From Octopus sinensis (taxonomy: Eukaryota), in the NCBI RefSeq assembly GCF_006345805.1, contig NC_043008.1, positions 7,068,001 through 7,132,000 on the forward strand: a DNA stretch of 64,000 nucleotides. The letters run 5' to 3'. Shown here piece after piece: positions 54,320-64,000 of this stretch (positions within the stretch are counted from its first letter, which is position 1; every line of letters starts with the position of its first letter). Below the pieces are notes generated by a model. That model did no database searches and was not told where the DNA came from. It saw only the letters and a program-made list of their open reading frames with translations. A program made the position numbers and the translations under genes.

Positions 54320-54462
54320 TACTCTTTTACTCTTTTACTTGTTTCAGTCATCTGACCGCGGCCATGCTGGAGCACCGCCTTTAATCGAGCAACTCGACCC
54401 CGGGACTTATTCTTTTGTAAGCCCAGTACTTATTCTATCGGTGTCTTTTGCCGAACCGCTAA
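54320..54462 (-). mobile_element. SINE family B 3' fragment
   Basis: tactcttttacttgtttcagtcatctgaccgcggccatgctggagcaccgcc...ccgaaccgctaa. Confidence 0.85.
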
Positions 54463-54502
54463 TATATATATATATGTACATCTGTGCATTGAACATGTTT
54501 GG

Positions 54503-54583
<81 letters not shown>

Positions 54584-54685
54584 CGAAATAGGGAGGGAGA
54601 GAGAGATCAGAAAAGCGACAGGTATTGAGTGATAAAGGTACAGTCAGGCAGTCACTGGTTACAATATATCGAACTTGGGTATGTT

Positions 54686-55297
54686 CAGTGGTCCTCAACC
54701 ATTTTCCTCCTATGGACTTCTTAGTTTCCCATTTTACTGGGGCTGACCTCCGTAACCATTTACCATTTACAAAATCGTATATTCTCTCTTTACTCTTTTA
54801 TTTGTTTCAGTCATTTTATTGTTGCCATGCTGGAGCACCGCCATTTAGTTGAGCAAATCGATCCCAGGACTTATTCTTTGTAAGCCTAGTACTTATTCTA
54901 TCGGTCCCTTTTGCCGAACCGCTAAGTTACGCGGACGTAAACATACCAGCATCGGTTGTCAAGCGATGTTTGGGGGACAAACACAGACACACAAACATAT
55001 ACACACACATACACACATATATATACATATAAACGACGGGCTTCTTTCAGTTTCCGTCTACCAAACCCACTCACAAGGCTTTGGTCAGCCCGAGGCTATA
55101 GTGGAAGACACTTGCCCAAGATGCCACGCAGTGGGACCGAACCCAGAGAAAGAAATATTCTTAGGAACTGTATTAAGTAAATTGTTAAAATATTGTGTGT
55201 ATAGTGGAAGCATCACGAATTTATTGCTCGTAAATTTTAACAGCAAAATCTTATATGGACCCGCAAGGACCATAAAGAATTTTGTTAAGAACCGCTG
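54686..55297. mobile_element. Old hAT MITE interrupted by a SINE family B insertion
   Basis: Left TIR cagtggtcctcaacc (54686) and right TIR tgttaagaaccgctg (ends 55297), with imperfect flanks (gtatgtt / gtatgga). The interior is split by the SINE at 54786-55154. Confidence 0.6.
54786..55154 (-). mobile_element. SINE family B, near full length, nested in hAT MITE
   Basis: Reverse complement of the family B body from its tail to gccacgcagtgggaccgaaccc. Flanked by atattct at 54779-54785 and 55155-55161, a candidate TSD. Confidence 0.85.
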
Positions 55298-55678
55298 GTA
55301 TGGACCTCTGTGTATTGACTCTTTCTCTCTCTCTCTCTCTGGCTGTATCACACACACAAATACACACACACAACATATATGAACGTATGTGTGTGTGTGT
55401 CTCTGTTCTGTTTGATTTGTGTTCTACTTAAAAGAATGCAAGCTCTTATTTCATTTTTGTTTTAAACGTTCGTTGATAACAACACAGTCACAAAATATGT
55501 TTGAGGCGGGAAGAAAATATTATGTAAAGGAGATTCTATGTTTGTAAATATAGTTTTATCAGGGTTGCAACGTTGCTATTATGCACAGGCACTCGCATCT
55601 GTGTATTTGTGAATACATATATATAAATATATATATATGTATGTAAATATATATATAAATATGATACGGGTGTGAATG

Positions 55679-55721
<43 letters not shown>

Positions 55722-56356
55722 AAATAATATCGATCGGTGCAATATGCGTGAGCCACTAGCAGTGGAGTGATTCATAAAGTGATTCGCAACAAATACACAT
55801 TCCACATCATGCGTCGAATACTAATTCACAAACACAAGCACACACACACACACACACACATACACACACACGTATTCATGCACACGTACTACATAAACAC
55901 ACGCAAGCACTCACACATTCGACAAAGAACGGAAAAACTTGTGGCGGGACAAAATTTAAGACGGTTCGTTTAGTCGATCTCTCTCGCTACCGATGGATGG
56001 ATGAGGCTACGATCATCTCTCTGTTATTCATCTCTCTCTGCCACTTAAGCTATACGAAGGCATACTAAGTCACATGCACTCACTCTAACATACATACACA
56101 CACATATATATGCATGTTCATATACAGATAGATAGATGCATGTGTGCGTGTATACTCACACACACGCACTCACTCACTCACACACACACACAAACATACA
56201 TCTGCTAAATATTAATAAAGATATACATCTACTCATATTTTATATCCATATATTTTTTGTTAGCCTCACCTATGTGCGTGTGTATGTGTGTGTACATATG
56301 TGTACACTCGCACATAAATATATATATATATATGTTTGTATATGTATATATATGTG

Positions 56357-56407
<51 letters not shown>

Positions 56408-56959
56408 GTATATATATATATAATAAATATATATATATAGATAGATATATATGTATATGCATATGTACATACATGGACGCATATATAGAACTATATACAC
56501 ACAAATACGGTCATGTGCGCTCACGCACACACACACATGTTGCATTTATTACGGATCCCAATAGTTTTCGAATGAAGGCCCCTAAATGTATATAGATGCA
56601 AATTTGTAATTAGTGTTACAATATATATGTGCGAATGTTGATGAATATATGAATACATATGGTCGATAAATAAAGAATGAAATTAGTCGCAGTCATATGC
56701 CGAGGCACCCAACCTCTCCAAACCACCAGCTGACCTTTAAAAGTCAAGAAGGGTGGGTTGATCACGTGAATTATTTCACTGATACCCTCACCACATCTGT
56801 GTCGAGTTACCCAGTTATGGAGGGAAAATCGTTTCACTAAGAACCAAAAACATGTCCCATGTTTAAGAGACTCCTAAAAAGTAACTTGGAAATCTACTAC
56901 AAGCGGCTACGTCTGAATAGTTGTGTGTGTCTGTGTATGTGTTTGTGTTATGTATATCA

Positions 56960-56995
<36 letters not shown>

Positions 56996-56996
56996 G

Positions 56997-57205
56997 GGAA
57001 ATTTTACGAAAAAAAACTAAAGACGAAGACAGGTGGTGTACAAAACAAACAGATGTATTAGTATAACGCTCAGGAATAGAAAAAGTATTTTACGTTTCGA
57101 GCCTATGCTCTTCTACAGAAAGGGACACAGAAAAAACAAGGAGAGAAACAAGGAGAGAAAAAAAGGAGAGAAAAAATGTGTGTAGTGGCTAACGATCTAT
57201 CATAT
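56997..57205 (-). mobile_element. PLE-like short repeat family copy with hammerhead-like motif
   Basis: Colinear with 2961-3180 from aaagacgaag.caggtgg to tagtggctaacga. Motif on the minus strand is CTGTAGA-a-gagc-atag-gctc-GAAA-cgta. Confidence 0.55.
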
Positions 57206-58672
57206 ATATATATATATATATGAATACATGATATACATTTATATATATACGTCTATACATCATATGCATATGTATATATAAGTGTAAATGTATACACATA
57301 TACATCTGCTTATTCCCGTATTACAATCCAGTATGTTGATATTCTTTACTGATGCTTTGATGCAAGGTACATAGATTTGAAAATTCTCGAAATATTGTTT
57401 TCGGAGTTGTTATATAAGAAAATAGTAAGTTGGAGAAATTTAGGGAATTATCCATTTACCATTGCACATGTTTCATTGCCTAATAGGAATTACAAAACTT
57501 TAGATGCTGGAGGAACATGTAAGGAATATCTAATAAGAAATTACTTGCTTATTTAAAATATAAAACTTTGCAATTCCTATTAGCAAACGAAACATATGTA
57601 ACGGCGAATAAATAATATTACAAAGTTTTCCAACTTCTTGTTTTGATCTATGTATATATATATATATATTTGTGCGTGTGTTTGTGTGTTTGTGTGTTTG
57701 TAAACATACAGACATGAAAAGGTAAAATAGATTGTGTGTAATATGTTCGAGTGAGTGTGTCTATTCTATTGTATGTATGTGTGTATGTGTATTTCAATTT
57801 GTCCACGTCTGTATGGTTACAGTTCTATTTATAAATATACAACTGTAACTACTGAAGACTTATACCTGATTTATTATATACGTCACACGATTTCGAAGCA
57901 AGACTACACTCTCTATGTCCTCTTACGATCTAACAGAAGCAACAGCCAAATCTCTCCCTCAGTCGTGTTCCGTCATTTTAAGGGAGGGAAAAGGCTACCT
58001 CGCCCCCACTCTGTTTTAATCGTTGGAAATTAATGCTTTAAATAATAGACTGGTTAGTCATTGCTGGAGTGCCTTTCATCATGGACGGGTTTGTTAGATT
58101 AGAGATGATTAAAGGCCTTAACGACAACAACATCAATAGCAACAATGACAGCCGAGATAACCAAGACGACGACGATATCAATATGGATTTCAATGACAAC
58201 AACAACAACATCAACAACAATAATAATAATGATATTTACTTTTATTGTTTTTCCCATACAGTGAAAATGCTAGACCTAAGGGATGCAAACGTGAGGGGAT
58301 GGTCGAACAATGTTGAAATAGAACAAGGGGAAAAGGAGAGACGTTAAAGAATAAATAAAACATTTGTTATAGATCTACCATTGATGAAATATCTAATTAT
58401 ATATACTCCCCCCTCTATCCCTCACTCACACACACACACACACACAAACGCGTATTATGATGAAAAACAGTGCAAATCAATAGACAAACGAAGGCCAGCT
58501 AGAGTTACCAAACCGCGTACAAAACATAACAATTGAGTCGGGCCGTGCACAGCATACTGTGGTGTCCTACTTGAAACCACCCGAAGGTGCCAGCGAGCAT
58601 CTTTGGTGTTAGATCGGGTGAGAACTCATTCACATTCCCTTCGTCGTTGCACAGTAGTGGATCGTAGACTTT

Positions 58673-58997
58673 AGGAGCACTCCGTCGGCTACGGCGACAA
58701 GGGGCCTTTCTGATACGATCACCGAAACAGCTTGCTCGTGAAATTAACGTGCAAGTGGCCGAGCACTCCACAGACCCGTGTACCCTTAACGTAGTTGTCA
58801 AGGAGATTCAGCTTGACACAGATTCTGACAGACAAGGCTGGCCCTTTGAAATACAGGTACTACTCCGTTTTGCCATGTGAGTGGACTGGAGTAACATGAA
58901 ATAAAGTGTCTTGCTGAAGGACACAACGCGTCGCTGGGAATTGAACTCACGACCTTACGATCTTGAGCCGAATGCCCTAACCACTAAGCCACGCGCC
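58673..58997 (-). mobile_element. tRNA-derived SINE family C, full length
   Basis: Reverse complement begins ggcgcgtggcttagtggttagggcattcggctc..gatcgtaaggtcgtgagttcaattccc (A/B boxes), followed by core aagacactttatttca.gttactccagtccactc. Confidence 0.9.
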
Positions 58998-59865
58998 TAC
59001 ACTGATCATAGACTAATTGTATTTTATTAGCATTTTATTATTTTTCGTCTGCTCTACAAACGACACATTCTTTCTCTTTTTATTTTCTTTCATTTCGTTT
59101 CGAGTATATTTTCTTTTCAATGCGTCCATTTGGGGGTCAACTTTCGTTCGCGGTCACCTCTTTTAAAATCTTTTTTGCCTTTTGTATTGACGCCCACATC
59201 ATCAACCCTTCTCACTACCCATACCCCCCCCCACACACACACTGTCACAAAAGGTTATGGTGGGAATGGGGCTTAATAGTAGCTGTGGATATTGACTTTT
59301 TGTCCAAGGAAGTGAATTGTGTTCTTTGACCATCCTCGGACCTGCCAGAGGTGATAGAACCGAAAGTATTTTTAAAACAACACACTCTAGAGCTGTTATG
59401 ATTTTTGCCTTTTCCGTTGCTCTCTCTCCACCTCACTCACTTTCTTTCTCTGTCTTTTTTATTCCTCGATACAGATTCTTCTAAAATACCTTTTAGTACA
59501 ACTATAATAGCTTGGCTTCTTGCACTCCACAGCTAGTCACAATTCTTTTGTTTCTACACCTGGTTTGGAATAATTCTATGCTTTGCTTTGAGAAACTAAG
59601 ATTAGAACTTGCTAGTCTCTACTCTACTAACAACCTCCAGCCATGCCATTTCCCTTGGTAGTTTCCCTCACAGTCAAGGGTCCCTAATGCTACTCCATAT
59701 CCCTGGCTATCTCTACTATGTTGCGTAGGCCTAAGTATTGTGTTATGAGCCAACGATCATAGCTGTGATCCACCAAACTGACGAATCACCTCAATTTGTC
59801 ATCGGTGTGAAAATCAGATAGACACTGCCCTATACTTTCATGAAAATCACATCCTTCTTCGCATC

Positions 59866-60075
59866 TACAAGGCCAGCATTTTTGAAGGGAGAGAAAGGAT
59901 TAAGTCGATTTCATTGCCCCTAGTACTTGACTGCTATTTATCTTATCGATCCCGATGGATGAAAAGCAAAGTAGACCTCGGCAGGGTTTGAACATGGAAC
60001 GAAGAGCTCGATAAAAATGCAGATAAGGATTTGTCTGACGCGCTAATGATTTGAGACCCACACACTGGGGACAGT
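59866..60075 (-). mobile_element. Decayed SINE family A plus flank, twin of 60831-61044
   Basis: ggattaagtcgatttca...ttatcgatcccgat.gatgaaaagcaaagt.gacctcggc...tttgaac. Confidence 0.8.
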
Positions 60076-60830
60076 GTCTTGCCCCAGTGCTCTCTTTAGG
60101 GCATCTTTTATTTTATTGATGCAATTTTTTATTAGTTTCCTTCTTGCCTGTTTCTGTATGCGTTCTTCAAGCAACACTATCCTAAACTCACATCTCCCGT
60201 ATCACTTATTTTCTTCGACTTGACGAATGTCCAAACATTGTGTATGGGTTACTCCATAAGAAAACTCATTTTATTATTATTATTTTTTTTTCACAAATTC
60301 ATTACTTATTTGTTTGTAATGTTTGTTGTATCTGTTTGTTTAGTGGTTGCTTTATTTTCTTGTTTTGTTGGTTATCTTTTTTGAACATGTTTTTAAAATT
60401 TATTGTTTTTATTTATTTATTTATTTGCATCTTGTGGCGGGATCTGCCAGTTTGCATCAATGTCGCAACTGCTGTAGCGAATTCATCCATGAAACGAAGT
60501 CAGTTCGTGTTTGTAGTAAATAAAGTTTATAGAATAGGAAATACAAAAAAGGTTTAAAAACAAACCGTGTCCTTTTCACCCCAAGGTAAGCAGGGTGGAA
60601 ACTAAAACGTTCCAACGTCGCGAAATTAATCCAAAGATTTTCCATTGAGTTATAAACGTGGCGTGGTAAATCCATTAACACAAAGGGGGCGAAAGGGACA
60701 AGCCCATTCGCGCTAAAATACAAATGATTATGATATTGATGATGATGGTGATGATGAAGATGAGGATAATGATAGCAACAATAAAATAACAACAACAACA
60801 ACAATTATAATGACACTTTCTAATTTTTGG

Positions 60831-61044
60831 TACAAGACCAGCATTTTTGAAGGGAGAGGAGGGATTAAGTCGATTTCATCGACCCTGGTACTTGACTGCT
60901 ACTTATTTTATCGATCCCGATAGATGAAAAGCAAAGTTGACCTCGGCTGGATTTGAACATGAAACGAAAAGAGCCCGATAAAAATGCAGATTAGCATTTT
61001 TTTCTGACGCGCCAAGGATTTGAGACCCACACACTGGGGACAGT
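60831..61044 (-). mobile_element. Decayed SINE family A plus flank, twin of 59866-60075
   Basis: Shares private variants and the flank gatttgagacccacacactggggacagt with its twin. Confidence 0.8.
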
Positions 61045-61229
61045 ATAGAAGTGAAATACAAAAAAAAAAAAAAGGGAACAAAGAAGAAAAAGGAAAGCAG
61101 TGGTTAATTTCCGTCAAATAAGGAGCGACCCATAGAGATATATTAAGGAACAATAATAATATAAAAAAATCTATGTAGCTACAACAGTAAAAAGTAGAAG
61201 ACAATTACGGGAAAGGATTTACAAAATAA

Positions 61230-61760
61230 GGACCAAAAGGGTCTATTTGAACCCTCCATTCCCCACTTTGGTACAGCAAAAGTCGATACTTTCTCCCAGT
61301 TCTTGCCTCAATTCTACAACCGTGGAATTATCACGGACCTGTTTAGCCATGCCAATTTCGTCCCTTTCACCCAAAACACAAAAGTTTTGCTGGGTCCAGT
61401 GTCCTTCTTCCTATCTTCAACTTCCTTCTCAACTGATTCTTGAAGAATCGGATGAGGGCTTGGCTTCCTGACAGGAAATGCATTATCCTGAAAGCTTTTA
61501 ACCTCGTCCACTACACAACTTCCTTCAGCATAACCACAAGTTAGAATAACGCTATCCACACTTCCTTGCCAAAGGAAAGCAGTGATTTGTCTTCACGATA
61601 AAACCAACAAATAACCGGATCCGTTCGGTCCTGTACCGCAATATAAATCATTACACGGACTCTGAACGGGCGCGTAGCGCCGGACGGGTCGTCATCGTTT
61701 GCTCAAACGAATAGGTTCAGTTGCTAGCAGCTCCATTTTGGCTTCAGGCACGCAAGCTGA
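61230..61760 (-). mobile_element. L1/Tx1-like LINE ORF2 C-terminal fragment (pseudogenised)
   Basis: Stitched minus-strand frames read YAPVQSPCNDL (degenerate H-x-x-x-Q-C-P of the CCHC knuckle), ERIRL..FIVK, LVVMLKEVV*WTRLKAFRIMHFLSGSQALIRFFKNQLRRKLKIGRRTLDP, FWVKGTKLAWLN. This is the pattern of L1/Tx1-clade C-termini. Confidence 0.6.
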
Positions 61761-61941
61761 ATTTATCGTAAATAAGCAAAGTCGCTCCACCGTTACCTCC
61801 GCAACCACTCCATTACAGCACCTTCAGACCAGCGTATGGATTGTTTTTTTAAAAATAATCTGTCACTTAAAAGTCTCCCAGAGTAACTTATAACTTATAC
61901 ACAGTCGCCATTCAAAATCTCTCACCCAGGCTAACATCGTT

Positions 61942-61996
<55 letters not shown>

Positions 61997-62039
61997 TAAT
62001 AATAATAATAATAGTAATAATAATAATAATAATAATAAA

Positions 62040-62232
62040 TGGTTTCGATTTTTGGCTCAGCACCAGCTGTTTCGGTGGGAGGGTTTTATGTTGATTATAT
62101 CGACCCCAGTGATAAACTGGTATTCATTTTATCGACCCCGATAAGATGAAGGCAAAGTCGACTTTGGCGGATTTTGAACCCGGAATGTAAAACCGGAAGA
62201 AATGCCTCGGAACATTTGGTCCGACGCAATAA
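62040..62232 (-). mobile_element. SINE family A (decayed)
   Basis: gattatatcgaccccagt...ctggtattcattttatcgaccccg..agatgaaggcaaagtcgactttggcggattttgaaccc, adjacent to (AAT)n. Confidence 0.8.
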
Positions 62233-62826
62233 TGGTCATATCTGTATTTTGCTACGTTCACAAGACTTTCTAAATTTTATTGTAGAAAAAATAAAATGGG
62301 AATCGATGAGTTGACAACAAGAGTTTTTAGGTATTTGACTGAAACCGAAATCTTTACTCAGGTTTGAACTCAGAGCGGGAACGAAAGCAAAATCGATAAC
62401 CATTTTGTCCACTGCGCTCTCGATGCCGCCATTCGATTCCCTAAACAAAACACGCCCAAGAAGCAGATGTCGCGAGCAAGAACTTATTTCAGTATTGTAT
62501 TATGCTATGTGGAAAACAAGAACCTATGTACTTAACACATACGGCAGCATACATACATACAAAGATACATACATACATACATACATACATACGTTCATAC
62601 ATACATACATACATACATACATACATACATACATACATACATACATACATACATACTTACATACACACATACATATACACACACACACTTCTATACACAC
62701 ACATATATATACATATGTAAATATATAAATGTGTATACATGTGCATTGATATATATGTACGTATATGAATACATATATATGTACAAACATATATGTATAT
62801 ATATATGTACATATGTGTATACATAC

Positions 62827-62874
<48 letters not shown>

Positions 62875-62884
62875 ATACATACAC

Positions 62885-62930
<46 letters not shown>

Positions 62931-64000
62931 GTTTGTGTGTGTGGATGTATGTATTCATTAAAAGATAAATATGTACACGGGTATCCGATTTGTTAAAGTA
63001 TAGATATAAGTGTGTGTTTGTATGTGTGTATGTGTGTATACATGACTATCTATGTAACAGAAGCTAGTCTCTCTCCGTACGAGTGGTATATACATATGTT
63101 TATATACAAGTATGCGTGTGTACGTATGTATGTTTGCGTACGTATACACACACACACACACACACACATATATGCGTATATTATACGTGTATGTGTGCGC
63201 GTCAAACGCATACATATTCAAGTACGTCTTTCATTCGTATACTTATATAATATACAACATACATACACACACGTATACAAACATGCACATACACATATAC
63301 AAATATACATTCAAGCATATACACACCAACACACACACACACATGCATACACACACAGGATGTACGCAAAGATATTACTGTGTGAGATGCGTTGCAATTC
63401 TTATTTTGTGTTGAAATATTGTTATTAGCACAATTCAGTCCAAGCCCTCCAGATGTGACCATCCCATGAAACACTTAGGTGTGATCCACCAAGAACGTAT
63501 TATTCAATATGCTGCTCTTTGCTTAGATTTTAATTTACGAGTGATTGATTTGACTGCTATTTCCAGAAGGTCGAGCGACCACATAGAGTTACTGTTTATT
63601 ATGAGGTGAAGGTGGTGGGCATAGAGATGGTGATGGTGGTGGCGGCGGCGGTGGAGCTGGTGATAGTGGTGGAGGCGAGGGTGGTAGTTATGGTTCTAAT
63701 GAAGTATGGGTGGTGGTTGAAGTGGTGGTGGTGGTGGTTATATTTTAGATGGTTGTAAAGGCAGTGATGAGGGGAAATGATACTTATGATATTGTCAGAG
63801 GTAGTGGTCATGGTGATTGCCGTAGTTCTTATTGATAGTGCAGTCGTTCCTCGATATGGTGGTGGTGGTGGTGGCGTTGCCTGTTGATGATGATGATGAT
63901 GATTGATGATGATGATGATGGGGAAGGTAGGGGCTAGGGTAGCGATGATGTCTGAAGGTGCTGTTGATGTTGTTGCTATTGATGATGATGATGATGAGGA

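Noticed and set aside
58505-58672. Minus-strand frame VYDPLLCNDEGNVNEFSPDLTPKMLAGTFGWFQVG next to SINE C
   Set aside because: The start lies inside the SINE and there is no proper acceptor or recognised homology. It could be TE flank.
60570-60590. Strong donor AAG|gtaagc
   Set aside because: No convincing upstream acceptor with an open frame. Strong donor hexamers occur on both strands throughout the window, so the orientation of a host gene cannot be inferred.

Overview
AT-rich, microsatellite-saturated eukaryotic DNA, most likely intronic or intergenic sequence from an Octopus (coleoid cephalopod) genome. The species call is inferred from the tRNA-derived SINE families and the density of (TA)n/(CA)n/(TAGA)n/(TAA)n repeats. 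No host protein-coding exon can be called with confidence, and nearly all ORFs in the supplied track are translations of microsatellites or SINEs. Supported features: about 30 SINE copies or fragments from four families; a TIR-bounded, internally deleted maT/DD37D-type Tc1/mariner element; a decayed mariner; two hAT MITEs, one with a perfect 8-bp TSD and one carrying a nested SINE; and 3' fragments of CR1, R4/Dong and L1/Tx1-like LINEs. There are also two near-identical tandem duplications (about 1.0 and 1.8 kb) with breakpoints inside microsatellites, which may be assembly artefacts. The most interesting signals are RNA-structural. A dispersed set of minimal type-I hammerhead-ribozyme-like motifs of the Penelope-retroelement kind includes one nearly canonical copy and a four-copy family with a compensatory stem change. 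Three long hairpins/foldbacks are candidate miRNA, siRNA or ADAR substrates, or MITEs. SINE and LINE boundaries were placed by eye and are approximate.
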